A stretch of DNA of 64,000 nucleotides from Ignavibacteriales bacterium (GCA_037441705.1 JBBIRR010000018.1:10442-74441), one strand, 5' to 3'. Counted from the first letter of the stretch, positions 22,784-33,247 are shown. Translations and numbers: made by a program. The notes: generated by a model not told the origin, from the letters alone.

Positions 22784-23205
22784 CGCAAAGCCCGCTCGAT
22801 GGCATATCGCCGAAAGGTGAAGAGAGCGGTCAGCCCGATGCCGATAAACGGCGCTACCCACCACACCGGATCACAGTGAATCTCGTCGGTCAACAGTGTG
22901 CCGCCGGGCGTCGCCTCGTACTGATGGATGTGCCGCCACATGCGCATGAGCCTGCCCTCAGCAGTATCGATGAACAACGATCCGGCTTGGACACGCTCGA
23001 TGTGCGATCGCCACCGCGCCGCGAAGAGGATGAAGTCCAACTCAAGGTCAAACGTCCTGCCTTCTTCAACGACGGTCTGTTCAGTGAGAATGCGCAGGCG
23101 AGGGAAGGGCGGCGAAATCTTTACGAGGTTCCGAACATCGCTGTAGAAAGCAGCGACCTTCTCCGGATGCGTCGGCACGATGTGTTGGTAGACAAAGTGC
23201 TTCAT
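22780..23205 (-). CDS. SRPBCC family protein
   Basis: 'F......NL..ISP', 'F.D....G....WRH.H......GGTLL.D.I', 'F.FR'. Confidence 0.8.
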   Translation of the reverse strand: MKHFVYQHIVPTHPEKVAAFYSDVRNLVKISPPFPRLRILTEQTVVEEGRTFDLELDFILFAARWRSHIERVQAGSLFIDTAEGRLMRMWRHIHQYEATPGGTLLTDEIHCDPVWWVAPFIGIGLTALFTFRRYAIERALR

Positions 23206-24692
23206 GTATTCTCCCGGCGAAGAATCAAATCTGCGGCGTGTTTTCCCGAAAGCAGCACCAACGGGATTCCTCCTCCGGGATGTACACTCCCGCCGGCAAA
23301 ATACAGGTTCCCGATGCGCGACGACGTATTGCGATGGCGCACGAACGCGGACCGCCGGCTGTTGGAGGACATCCCGTACAGCGTTCCGCGCCAGGCATGG
23401 TAACGCGATTCGAAATCCGCCGGCATGATCATCTCCTCTACCTCGATCTTTTCTTCCTCGATCTGAATGCCCATGCTGCTGAGTTTATCGAGAATGATCC
23501 TTCTATACTCACGCCCCCATTCCGACCAGTTGTGACGCTGCGCCGACGATGGCGCGTCGAGCGGGGGCGCGTTCACCAGCACGAACAAATTCGAGCCACC
23601 CTCAGGTGCATGGTGCGGGTCGGTGAAAGACGTGTTGCAGACATACACGGTCGGGTCTGCCGGAATTGTGCGGTGTTCTACTAACGCATCGAACTCCGTG
23701 CGATAATCCGACGAGAAAAAGATGTTGTGATGCAGGAGCGACGGAAAGCGTTGCCGCAGGCCGAGCATCAACACCAGACCACTGAGCGAAGGATCGTACG
23801 AGGTTGCCTCTCGCCCGTTCAATCCAAGCAAGGAGCGATAGGTATAATCGACGTCGGCATTCGAAACGACCACATCCGCACGAATCTCCTCGCCCGAGGC
23901 GAGCACCACCGCACGCGCTGTCATGTGTTCGACGACGATGCGCTCAACCGGAGCGTTGGTCTGCACGACAACGCCCAGTGATTGTGCGAGCCGGAGCAGC
24001 GCCTCGGCAAGCCGATAGATGCCGCCCGCAATATACCATCCTCCAAAAGCAAGCTCGATGTAAGGAATGATGAGGAGCGTCGCCGGAGCGCGATAGGGAG
24101 ACGACCCGTTATAGGTAGCAAAGCGATTGAAGAGTTGCTGCACCCGGCGATCGTGAAAGAAGGATGAGACCGCGGTGTTGTACGTACGGAAGGGATCGAG
24201 ATGCACCAGCCGGGGAACGAGACGAAGGTTCCGAAGCACGCCTTGTAATCCGAGCGACCAGAGTGGCTGATAGAGAAACGCCTCTGCGGCAGCGTCGTAC
24301 AATCGCTTGCCATGCTGCATGAAGCGAGGAAATGCCTCGGCGTCGCCCTGATGCAACGTCGCTATTGCCGCGCGTATCCGATCGGGATGTGTTGACGCAT
24401 CGAGATGAGTCCCGTCGGGCCAGCGATAGCGGCACAGAGGCTCGACCTGCACCAACTGCAGATAGTCTTCAACGCGATGACCGACGGAGCGAAACAGTTC
24501 TTCGACGATGAACGGCATGGTGAGGAGCGACGGGCCGGTGTCGAACGTATAACCGTTGTGCTGGACGATGTTCATCTTTCCCCCCACCCGCTCGTTCTTT
24601 TCCAGTACCGTCACGCGGAAACCTGCTCGCGCAAGGCGAATTGCAGTTGCCAGTCCTCCGATGCCCGCACCGATGACAACTACCTGTTTCAT
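23202..24692 (-). CDS. crtD: CrtI-family desaturase, probably the 1-hydroxycarotenoid 3,4-desaturase (CrtD-type)
   Basis: GAGIGG FAD motif, 'FDTGPS', 'NRFATYNGSSPY.APAT', 'GGSVHPGGGIP'. Second CrtI paralogue, found alongside cruF. Confidence 0.7.
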   Translation of the reverse strand: MKQVVVIGAGIGGLATAIRLARAGFRVTVLEKNERVGGKMNIVQHNGYTFDTGPSLLTMPFIVEELFRSVGHRVEDYLQLVQVEPLCRYRWPDGTHLDASTHPDRIRAAIATLHQGDAEAFPRFMQHGKRLYDAAAEAFLYQPLWSLGLQGVLRNLRLVPRLVHLDPFRTYNTAVSSFFHDRRVQQLFNRFATYNGSSPYRAPATLLIIPYIELAFGGWYIAGGIYRLAEALLRLAQSLGVVVQTNAPVERIVVEHMTARAVVLASGEEIRADVVVSNADVDYTYRSLLGLNGREATSYDPSLSGLVLMLGLRQRFPSLLHHNIFFSSDYRTEFDALVEHRTIPADPTVYVCNTSFTDPHHAPEGGSNLFVLVNAPPLDAPSSAQRHNWSEWGREYRRIILDKLSSMGIQIEEEKIEVEEMIMPADFESRYHAWRGTLYGMSSNSRRSAFVRHRNTSSRIGNLYFAGGSVHPGGGIPLVLLSGKHAADLILRRENT

Positions 24693-25144
24693 ACAGCCTC
24701 ATCCTCTTCAACATGGATCGACTCCAGCTGATGACGTCGAATGACGAACAACAACCCATACGGTTCACCGCCGGTACGGTGATGCAGTGCGTGTGCTTGC
24801 TTCAATTCTCTGAGGAACGGCAAGCGCAGCTTCAGCCATTTTGCCCGGCGATGGATGTAGAGGTCGTGAATGAAAAAGTACACAAGCCCATACGCGCTGA
24901 TGCCAACACCGGCGGCAACTAACTCGCTCCTGTCCGGATCGCTCAAGCCATAGAGCAGGATCAAGATCGTTAGCGTTGCAAAAATCATGGGAAAGATATC
25001 ATTCCACTCGAAGATGCCGGAGCGCCGTTGGTGATGACTCTTGTGGAAGAACCATCCAATGCCGTGATAGATGTAGCGGTGGGCGAGATACGAAACCAGC
25101 TCCATGATTGCAAAAGAGATCAAAGCGATGAGTACTTCTTTCAT
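24689..25144 (-). CDS. crtZ: Beta-carotene hydroxylase
   Basis: His boxes 'HRYIYHG..W..HKSHH', 'FEWND', 'HD..IHRR', 'H.LHH'. Confidence 0.9.
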   Translation of the reverse strand: MKEVLIALISFAIMELVSYLAHRYIYHGIGWFFHKSHHQRRSGIFEWNDIFPMIFATLTILILLYGLSDPDRSELVAAGVGISAYGLVYFFIHDLYIHRRAKWLKLRLPFLRELKQAHALHHRTGGEPYGLLFVIRRHQLESIHVEEDEAV

Positions 25145-25177
25145 TGTTCTGTCCGAAACACGGTATCCGTTGATGTG

Positions 25178-27472
25178 TTAGAACTCTGCGCTGATCCCGA
25201 TGGACGGCAAAATGCCGATCGCAGCATTTTCTTCCACCTGTTCGGTGCGCGCATTGTAGCGTGGGATACCGACCGGCTTGCGATTGTAGATGTTCTGCAC
25301 GTCGAGGTATGTAACCAGCGTCCACCGATCGAAATGCCATCGGCGATCTACCCGCAGGTCCAGACTGTGATTGGGGCGCACTCGAACGCTGTTGTAGCGC
25401 GAGGGATTCTGGGTGCCGTCCGGTTCGTAAGGCGTGTACGGGCGACCCGAAGCGAAACGGAATCGGCCGCTCAACTCCCACCGTTCGTTGAAGACATAGC
25501 CCCCGCCGACGTTGACCACCCAGCGCTGATCGAAACTACCCGGCCGCTCGATGCCGTCCAGTGCAGTCGTCAATGCCTTGCCGTAACTGATGCTGACCGT
25601 GCCGTAACACGGAATCTCGGACAACTTTTTCTGAGCGAAGAGTTCTACGCCGTAGGCGCGTCCGGTTCCTGCGCTGCTCAACGGATCGAAGCCGAATGAT
25701 GCAAACCCATCCTCCGTGCCTCCAAACCCTGCGCCGGTGTTTGAGAGCACGAGGTAGGGTCTCGTCAAGCTCGCCGGGTAGTTTCGATAGCGTTTGAAGT
25801 ACGTCTCGAGCGTTACCTTGGTATCCTCGCGCACAAGCCAATCTACTCCCGCAATCCACTGCGTCGAGCGGAGATGTTCCAATCGCCGATTGATCGGATT
25901 GGCGACAAGCCAGATGTATGATGGAGCCTGAGCGTACTCACCAACACTCAGGTTGATACTCCAGCGCGGGTTTAGCCTGTAGGATGCCGCGGCACGCGGC
26001 GTGATGACAGTCTGCTTTTCAATGAGACTGAAGTACTCGATGCGCCCACCGACGGTCAGGCGCAGGTTCCCCATCACGTTGGAGAGCTGCACATATCCGG
26101 AGGCTTTCGTTGCGTTGGTATCGAACGAAGCTTGAAGCGCGATGGGATACTGGTATGTGGTCCGAAAAGAGTTCACGACGACATCCGATCGGAATTGAAT
26201 CATTTTTGCCTGTGCACCGACGGCAACCTCAAGACCTTCCTTGACCTGATATAACAAATCCCCGCGCAGCGTTGTCTCCGTTTCGCGGGAGGTATTGCGA
26301 AAGATCGGGGCGAGCAGGGAATCATCCTGACGATAGTTGAACGAGATGTCGGTACGGCTTGCGGTGAGTCGTGAATACCCGAACGGGAACAGATGTTGCC
26401 ATGAAACGCCGCCGATGTATTGCTGCTGATCGCTCGCGAGCACGCGCGAATTGTTGAACCGTTTGTCAGGCGTGTCGTTGAACAGACGGGTGTTATCGAG
26501 TGCAGCCAATCCGAGCACCGAGAGGTTGTCCTGAATTCCCAGTCGGTGTTTCGTCGAAACGAGAAAGTCCCAATACTCAGGCACAAATCCGAACCCCGCG
26601 GCTTTGAAGATGAGATCCAGATAACTCCGCCGGGCAGAAAAGAGCATCGAGCTGTTGTCGGAAATCGGTCCTTCGAGGTTCAGTCCAAATTGCGTTGCGG
26701 AGAGCGTCGCTTTACCGCCGAAATCATCGCGCGGATCGCGCAGTGAGATCGTGAGAAGGGAGGAGAGCTTGTCGCCATGCGTCACGCCGAACCCTCCCGT
26801 TGAAAATGCCGTCGCTCGCACGAAGTCGAGGTTGATGAAACTCAACGGTCCGCCCGACGCGCCTTGCGTGCCGAAATGGTTGATATTGGATAGCTCGATG
26901 TTCTCCACCACGTACAGGTTTTCCGACGGAGCCCCGCCGCGAACGATCAGGTCGTTGCGCCCCGGTTCAGCTTGGGCGACGCCGGGCAAGATCGAAATTG
27001 CTCGCACAACATCTTCGAAGCCGCCGGGCAAGCGTCGAATTTCCTCGTTGGATTGTGTGTAAATGCTCAACGGCGCCTCCGGCGCTTTCTCGAACGCCAT
27101 CGCACTCACATCAACAGCCTCGATGGGAATAACCGCTTCTTCCAGCCTCACCAAAACCTGAGCCGGTCGTGCCGCCGTCACAACGATGTCCGTCACTTCA
27201 GCGGGCACGAATCCCACGGCACTCACTCTGATTCTGGTCAGACCGAGCGGAACAGATGTAATCCGAAAGCGACCCTCGAGGTCGCTTGCGGCTCCGAGTG
27301 TTGTCCCAACAACGATGACGTTGGCGCCGATGACCGGCTGCTCGGTGATCGCATCGAGCACGCGGCCGACGATGACCCCCGTGCGCTCCTGCGCATGAAG
27401 CGCCTGAGCAGACCACAAAACAATCAGCAATGCGTACAAACGATAGAACAATGTTTTCAATCTTCTCTTCAT
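25178..27472 (-). CDS. TonB-dependent receptor
   Basis: Signal peptide, CarboxypepD-like N-domain, plug 'LIVRGG...EN', barrel ending in Phe. Confidence 0.92.
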   Translation of the reverse strand: MKRRLKTLFYRLYALLIVLWSAQALHAQERTGVIVGRVLDAITEQPVIGANVIVVGTTLGAASDLEGRFRITSVPLGLTRIRVSAVGFVPAEVTDIVVTAARPAQVLVRLEEAVIPIEAVDVSAMAFEKAPEAPLSIYTQSNEEIRRLPGGFEDVVRAISILPGVAQAEPGRNDLIVRGGAPSENLYVVENIELSNINHFGTQGASGGPLSFINLDFVRATAFSTGGFGVTHGDKLSSLLTISLRDPRDDFGGKATLSATQFGLNLEGPISDNSSMLFSARRSYLDLIFKAAGFGFVPEYWDFLVSTKHRLGIQDNLSVLGLAALDNTRLFNDTPDKRFNNSRVLASDQQQYIGGVSWQHLFPFGYSRLTASRTDISFNYRQDDSLLAPIFRNTSRETETTLRGDLLYQVKEGLEVAVGAQAKMIQFRSDVVVNSFRTTYQYPIALQASFDTNATKASGYVQLSNVMGNLRLTVGGRIEYFSLIEKQTVITPRAAASYRLNPRWSINLSVGEYAQAPSYIWLVANPINRRLEHLRSTQWIAGVDWLVREDTKVTLETYFKRYRNYPASLTRPYLVLSNTGAGFGGTEDGFASFGFDPLSSAGTGRAYGVELFAQKKLSEIPCYGTVSISYGKALTTALDGIERPGSFDQRWVVNVGGGYVFNERWELSGRFRFASGRPYTPYEPDGTQNPSRYNSVRVRPNHSLDLRVDRRWHFDRWTLVTYLDVQNIYNRKPVGIPRYNARTEQVEENAAIGILPSIGISAEF

Positions 27473-27505
27473 AGTTGTTATTCCATTTTAGTGCTGCTGG
27501 CGAAT

Positions 27506-28939
27506 TCAAGCTTTCTGTCGCTTGACCTCGCCATACCACGTCTTGAAATGTGATGCTGCTTCTGTGTGATCGACGATCGGTGCAGGATAATCCTTTCCGA
27601 TACGACAACCAACCTGTTCCTGAACGGTCGGCGGCATTTCGTGCGGTGCATGGATGTATCGGCGAGGAACGTTGCGGAGTTCCGGCACATACTGCTTGAT
27701 GTAGTTGCCCTCGGGATCGAATCGTTCCGCTTGTAAACGAGGGTTGAAAATTCTCAGCGGTCGCGGGTCCACTCCTGTACTGGCAGCCCATTGCCAGCCG
27801 CTGTTGTTCGACGCGATATCCAAATCCGTGAGATGTTCCATGAAGAATGACTCCCCTCTCTGCCAATGGATAAGGAGGTCTTTCGTGAGGAACGACGCGA
27901 CGACCATGCGGACGCGGTTGTGCATCCAGCCTTCCTGCGCTAACTGACGCATGCCTGCATCGACGAGTGGAAAGCCGGTCTCCCCACGGCACCATGCGGA
28001 GAACTGCGTGTCGCTGTCTCTCCACGGCAGATGCTCGAACTCCTGACGGAACGACTGTTGAGTCACATGAGGATAATGGGTAATGATGTAGTAGGCAAAC
28101 TCGCGCCAGATCAGTTCATTCAAGAACGCATCGATCCCCGTCCGTTGTCCGGGCGGAGATTGAGCGCGCCGCTCGTTGAGAGCGGTGAACACCTGACGGA
28201 TCGAGATGACCCCGAGCGAGAGAAACGGAGAGAGGCAGGACGTTCCATCGACGGCTGGAATATTGCGCGTCCTGTCGTACTGATCCACTTTACACTGCAG
28301 GAATTGCTGAAGCCGGCGTCGGGCGGCACGCTCTCCCGTTTCGATTGCCGTCTCGGAGAACAGGGCGCGAAGGTTCGATACCTCTGTCGTCTCGCTCAGA
28401 TCGGTCGGTGTGTTGACGCGCGACAGTTCCGGGAGTGGAGGCTGGATGTCCATGCTTCTCCGGAGCCAGGCGCGCTTGAAGGGTGTGAAGACGATGAACG
28501 GTTCACCGGCCTGCGTCATGAGGTTGGATGGTTCCAGCAGCACGCGATCCTTGACTGTGTGAAAAGCTATGCCGATCGATTGCAACGCCGAGGCGATCTT
28601 TGCGTCGCGTTCGTTCGTGATCGGATCGTGCGGTGCAACGGCAAAGACTGCAGCGGCGTTCACCTGCCGGGCAAATCGCGGTAATTGCGTTTCTGCCTCA
28701 CCGACGATCAGGAACAACCGAGAACCACGCCTGCGCAGCTCGGCATCGAGCGCTGCGATGTTGGCACGGACGAAACGGCGCCGAGGGGTGTCATCGCGGT
28801 AGCGGGCATCGGAGCGCAAGAAGAGAACGGGTATGATTTCATCCGCGTTTTGCTGCGCCGTGAAGAGTGCAAGGTTGTCCTCGACGCGGAGCGCGCGACG
28901 CATCCAGACGATCGCCCGTGTCTTGTTCGTGTTCGACAT
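27506..28939 (-). CDS. phrB: Class I CPD DNA photolyase
   Basis: 'W.R..LR..DN.AL', 'GTS.LSP.L..G', 'ELIWREF', 'WCRGETGFP.VDAGMRQL...GWMHNRVRM', 'RIFNP..Q..FDP'. Confidence 0.93.
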   Translation of the reverse strand: MSNTNKTRAIVWMRRALRVEDNLALFTAQQNADEIIPVLFLRSDARYRDDTPRRRFVRANIAALDAELRRRGSRLFLIVGEAETQLPRFARQVNAAAVFAVAPHDPITNERDAKIASALQSIGIAFHTVKDRVLLEPSNLMTQAGEPFIVFTPFKRAWLRRSMDIQPPLPELSRVNTPTDLSETTEVSNLRALFSETAIETGERAARRRLQQFLQCKVDQYDRTRNIPAVDGTSCLSPFLSLGVISIRQVFTALNERRAQSPPGQRTGIDAFLNELIWREFAYYIITHYPHVTQQSFRQEFEHLPWRDSDTQFSAWCRGETGFPLVDAGMRQLAQEGWMHNRVRMVVASFLTKDLLIHWQRGESFFMEHLTDLDIASNNSGWQWAASTGVDPRPLRIFNPRLQAERFDPEGNYIKQYVPELRNVPRRYIHAPHEMPPTVQEQVGCRIGKDYPAPIVDHTEAASHFKTWYGEVKRQKA

Positions 28940-28940
28940 C

Positions 28941-29819
28941 TCACATCCTTCTCTCGGTCAATGCATGAGCTAGGTTCGCCAGTTGATCGCGTGCAGCGGA
29001 TCGAGGGATGCGCTCTAAGGCGCGAAGTGCGGCATCCGTATAGTCTTGCACAACACGCTTTGCAGGTTCGCAATCACCCGGCTCGGATCGGGTCGCGAAC
29101 GTGATTTTGCCGTTCTTCAGATCCAGGAGTGTCGGTTTGCCCAATTCTGATTCCGTCCCGACGACGTCGAGAAGATCATCTTGAGCTTGAAATGCCATGC
29201 CGATGAAGTAGCCGAACATCTTGAGCGCATGAACAGTAGATTCTTCGGTCACGGCGTGCAGGGCGCCCATCTCGCAGGCGACACGCGTGAGGGATGCGGT
29301 TTTCTTCCGCGCAACCTGATCGGGTATTGCCTGGGGTGTTTGCTCACCATCAACATGCTGCAGATCGAGCGCCTGACCTTCGCACAACTCTCGAAACGCA
29401 ATGCTAAACGTCTGCTGGATACGTTCGCGCATCGGTACTCGAACTTTGCGGACCTGTTCGAACGCGAGGGCAATCAGGGCGTCACCGGAAAGGATCGCTG
29501 TCGGCACGTCGTACAGCGTGTGCAGTGTCGGGACCCCTCGCCTCAAGGGCGATTCGTCCATGAGGTCGTCGTGGACGAGCGACGCTGTGTGGAGCAGCTC
29601 GATAGCCACAGCAGCATCCACTGACTGTCGGGGATTGCCCCCCGCAGCAGAACACGCAAGCATGCAGAGCAGCGGGCGTATCCTTTTTCCGCCCTGAAGA
29701 ACATGGACAACGGCTTCTCGCAAGAAGGGAGTTTTCACGCTCCTGACGGACTCCGAAAGTCGCTCGTTGATGGCTGCAAGAGCGTCGAAAGATGGTTCGT
29801 TGTAGGGGAGAAGCATCAT
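28941..29819 (-). CDS. crtE: Geranylgeranyl diphosphate synthase
   Basis: GGKRIRP, DDLMD (FARM), RRG, GQALD, QDDLLD. Confidence 0.9.
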   Translation of the reverse strand: MMLLPYNEPSFDALAAINERLSESVRSVKTPFLREAVVHVLQGGKRIRPLLCMLACSAAGGNPRQSVDAAVAIELLHTASLVHDDLMDESPLRRGVPTLHTLYDVPTAILSGDALIALAFEQVRKVRVPMRERIQQTFSIAFRELCEGQALDLQHVDGEQTPQAIPDQVARKKTASLTRVACEMGALHAVTEESTVHALKMFGYFIGMAFQAQDDLLDVVGTESELGKPTLLDLKNGKITFATRSEPGDCEPAKRVVQDYTDAALRALERIPRSAARDQLANLAHALTERRM

Positions 29820-29822
29820 CGT

Positions 29823-30752
29823 TCATCCTTCTTGATGTTGGGTAGAGAATTCGGGCGCTCTCACCGGGACCGACCGCGGGGAATTTCGCTCGACAAGGGC
29901 CTGAGCAGCGAGAAGGAATTTGCTCCATGTCGGTACGAATGCACGACGGCTAAACACATCGTAGTCGTGTCGCTCGAGGTCGTCGAGAATAGCCGCGTAC
30001 GTGCGGCGCATGAGTCGGACGCAGAAGCGAGAGCCGTCGTTCGTCAAGAATGGAATGCCCGCATCCGCGCTCTGGTAGTATTTGCGCGCTCGTGCGATGT
30101 TGTGTTGCATGAGCCGCCGGAAGTTCTCATTCCTGACGTGAGCAATCAGTTCGTGTTCTGAATACGAGAATCGCTCCAGGTCTTCTTGAGGAATGTAGAT
30201 ACGCCCGCGCCGTGCATCTTCCCCGACATCGCGCATGATGTTTGTCAACTGCATGGCGATCCCTAAATCCACCGCATGCCGCAACGCTTTATGATCGGCA
30301 ACACCGAAGATGTGAGTCATGATCAGTCCAACGGTCGAGGCAACGCAGTAACAGTACTCGCGTAACTCTGCAAACGTGGCAAAGCGCTGACGGTCGAGGT
30401 CCATCTCCACGCCGCGCAGCAGATCAAGGAAATATTCCTGCGGAATATGGTAGCGCACGACCGTATCGAGCAGCGCGCGCAACCGTTTGTCCATGTGCGA
30501 TGAGCGATTGTAGAGGTAGCGAAGCTGGTCGCGCAGGGCACTCAAGTGCAGTCTGGCGTGGTGCCGTGATTGACCGCCGTCGGCCAGTTCGTCGGCATAC
30601 CGGCAGAATGCGTACACGGCGTAGGCTGCACGGCGCTTCTCGGCAGGCAGAACATGCGATGCGAAATAGAATGTGCGTGCGTACCGGCGCGTCACCGCTT
30701 TACACCGTTCGTAATTTGCGCGAAGCTCGCGCTCGTCGAGGTATCCGTTCAT
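29823..30752 (-). CDS. crtB: Phytoene synthase
   Basis: 'YAFCRYADELAD', 'YCYCVASTVG', 'LGIAMQLTNIMRDVGED...GRIYIP'. Confidence 0.95.
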   Translation of the reverse strand: MNGYLDERELRANYERCKAVTRRYARTFYFASHVLPAEKRRAAYAVYAFCRYADELADGGQSRHHARLHLSALRDQLRYLYNRSSHMDKRLRALLDTVVRYHIPQEYFLDLLRGVEMDLDRQRFATFAELREYCYCVASTVGLIMTHIFGVADHKALRHAVDLGIAMQLTNIMRDVGEDARRGRIYIPQEDLERFSYSEHELIAHVRNENFRRLMQHNIARARKYYQSADAGIPFLTNDGSRFCVRLMRRTYAAILDDLERHDYDVFSRRAFVPTWSKFLLAAQALVERNSPRSVPVRAPEFSTQHQEG

Positions 30753-32302
30753 ACGGCCTCCACCTCCAACGATACTCGAGGGTGTGTCAAATTTACGTTC
30801 CCAAAATCTTCGAGAATGCAGCGCTCGGTCGCTTCGGCCGAAAGCAGCACCCCCGGTACACCGCCACCCGGATGCGTACCCGCACCGACGAAGTACAGGC
30901 GCTCGATATCCTCGCTGCGATTATGCGGCCGGAAGATCGCGCTCTGAGACAAACGAGGCTCAAGAGCGAAGGCATTGCCGAGATATGCGTTCAGCTCCGA
31001 TTGGAAATTCAACGGCGTAAATGTTTCGAGAACTTCGATATGACGCGTCAAGTCCTTTAAGCCAAAGCGATGTTCAAGATGGTGTAGAATTTTATCTCGG
31101 AACGGTATCGTCATCCGGCCCCAGTCGACGTCGCCCCCGAGGTGAGGGACAGGCACAAGGACGTAGAGACTCTCGCACCCCGGCGGCGCCATCGAAGAAT
31201 CCGTACGGCTTGGCACGTGAAGGTACATCGAAAAATCATCGGCAAGAATTTTCCGATCGAAGATATCCTTCACCAGCCCTCGGTACCGCTTGCTCAGAAT
31301 GAGGGTATGATGGTTCAGTTGCGGGTATTGGCGACGAACGCCGATGTAGAGCAGGAAACAGCTCATCGCGACATGAAGACGGTCGATCTTCCGCTCCGTC
31401 CATGTTTTTCGGTGTCTTCGATCAATCAGATGCTTGTAGGTGAAGGGCACGTCCGCATTCGACACGACCGCGTCCGCTCTGTGAAATTCGCCGTTGGCAA
31501 CAACTCCAACGGCTCTGTCCTGCTCGATGACGATCTCGCGTACTTCGGCATTGGTGAAAATTTTTCCCCCCATTTCAACGAAGAGCCGCTCGAATGCCTG
31601 CACGAGACTGTACATGCCGCCGCGTGCATACCATACTCCGCCTTCCCGTTCAAGGTAGGGGATCATAATGTAGACCGACGGCGCCCGAAACGGAGAGCCT
31701 CCGATAAAGAGCGGATGGAACGAAAAGGCAAAGCGACTCCGTTCATCACGAAAATAGCGGGAGACGAAACGATAAACAGGAGTCATGCCGCCGAGCGAAA
31801 GTGCTCGCGGCATAAACTTCAAGAACGTCTTCCATGAATCGAACGGAGCAGAGCCTAACCCTTCGCTGATCACGGCATCATAGATGGGTTTGATGTCCTG
31901 CATGAACCGATCGTACGCCTGTGCATCGCGAGGATCGAACTTTGCAAGCTCTGCCTTGACTCTTGCAGGGTCGCCGGAATAATCGAAGCACGTTCCGTCA
32001 TGAAAGTAGATGCGATAGTACGGGTCGAGAGGAACAAAATCGACATAGTCTTCCATCCGACAGCCTGCGGATTGGAACACACGATCGATGATGAACGGCG
32101 CTGTGATGAGCGATGGTCCCATATCGAACGTGTAGCCATCCTTGACCAGTTGATAGGCGCGCCCGCCGACGCGGGAACGCTTCTCGAAGATCGCGACGTC
32201 GAATCCTTGCGCCTTAAGTCGGATCCCTTCAGCAAGACCGCCGAAGCCCGATCCGATGATGATGACGCGTGGCTGCTTATTTCTTTGTTGAAGCATTGGC
32301 AT
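30749..32302 (-). CDS. crtI: Phytoene desaturase
   Basis: GSGFGG, 'FDMGPSLIT', 'FHPLFIGG.PF', 'QSA.FRPHN', 'GAGTHPGGGVPGVL.SA'. Confidence 0.95.
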   Translation of the reverse strand: MPMLQQRNKQPRVIIIGSGFGGLAEGIRLKAQGFDVAIFEKRSRVGGRAYQLVKDGYTFDMGPSLITAPFIIDRVFQSAGCRMEDYVDFVPLDPYYRIYFHDGTCFDYSGDPARVKAELAKFDPRDAQAYDRFMQDIKPIYDAVISEGLGSAPFDSWKTFLKFMPRALSLGGMTPVYRFVSRYFRDERSRFAFSFHPLFIGGSPFRAPSVYIMIPYLEREGGVWYARGGMYSLVQAFERLFVEMGGKIFTNAEVREIVIEQDRAVGVVANGEFHRADAVVSNADVPFTYKHLIDRRHRKTWTERKIDRLHVAMSCFLLYIGVRRQYPQLNHHTLILSKRYRGLVKDIFDRKILADDFSMYLHVPSRTDSSMAPPGCESLYVLVPVPHLGGDVDWGRMTIPFRDKILHHLEHRFGLKDLTRHIEVLETFTPLNFQSELNAYLGNAFALEPRLSQSAIFRPHNRSEDIERLYFVGAGTHPGGGVPGVLLSAEATERCILEDFGNVNLTHPRVSLEVEAV

Positions 32303-33206
32303 GTTTCCTTCGTGGCCCCGGTTTGAGATGGAACTGTTCTTTCACGAACGCAATAGCATCTTGCACTCCGTCGGCTACATAGTCCGCCCGCAGTCCTACA
32401 TCGCGGAGTTGGCCGGCCCCTCGACCTCCGACAACCATAATGCCCTTGTGAGCATGGACGGCTTTTCGCAGGAGTTCGAGCTCCCGGAGTAACTGACGAC
32501 GCTGCCGCACGATCGTTACGGAAACACACACCAGCGCAGGGCGATACACCGGAAGCTGGTCGGCAATGTCCGTCAACGGAGTATTCGGACCGATGTATTG
32601 AACATCCCACCCTTCGACTTCGAGACTGTATGCAATGCAGCGCAGGCCGAGAGCATGCAGCTCCTGCGAAGGACAGGCGCATACGACGGCCTTGTGGCGC
32701 GCTGGTTTTCGATGAAGACTCGCCGTCGAGAGAATGAGCGCGTCTTCGAGAGCGCTCGACGCCGCATGTTCCTGATTCACCCTGAGCTTTCCGTTTTGCC
32801 ACAATACGCCGATCTCCGAGAACGCCGGACGAAGAATCTCGTCCGCAACCAACGGAAGCGTGAACTGGTGTTTGAAGAGGTAGAGAAGAAGTTCTACCAA
32901 CCCTTTTCGGTCGCCCTGGAGTGCCTCCTCCTTCAGCACAGCGGCGATCCGCCGATAGTCGCGCAGCGCCACGCCGATTTGCAACTGTTCCAATTGTTGC
33001 TGTGTCATCGGCGGCGGCTGTGCGCCTGCGAGTTTCAAGCCTTGCGATTCTGCAAAGCGTGCCACGTCGCTCAGGAGAAATTTTCTGTGGCCGCCGGGCG
33101 TACGGATGCAGGAAATTCTGCCGCTATCGGCCCACCGTTTGACCGTAGTTTCGGTCACCCCCAAAAGGGAGGCCACCTCGCGCGTCGGTAAGCTGGCTGG
33201 TTCCAT
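32277..33206 (-). CDS. carH: CarH/LitR-type adenosylcobalamin photoreceptor repressor
   Basis: MerR-like HTH ('RTPGGHR.F'), W-x9-EH ('WQNGKLRVNQEH') and ExHxxG ('ELHALG') B12 motifs; first gene of the crt operon. Confidence 0.85.
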   Translation of the reverse strand: MEPASLPTREVASLLGVTETTVKRWADSGRISCIRTPGGHRKFLLSDVARFAESQGLKLAGAQPPPMTQQQLEQLQIGVALRDYRRIAAVLKEEALQGDRKGLVELLLYLFKHQFTLPLVADEILRPAFSEIGVLWQNGKLRVNQEHAASSALEDALILSTASLHRKPARHKAVVCACPSQELHALGLRCIAYSLEVEGWDVQYIGPNTPLTDIADQLPVYRPALVCVSVTIVRQRRQLLRELELLRKAVHAHKGIMVVGGRGAGQLRDVGLRADYVADGVQDAIAFVKEQFHLKPGPRRKHANASTKK

Positions 33207-33247
33207 GAAAGTACGATTTATATGAAATGTTTGTTTTATACGGATTA

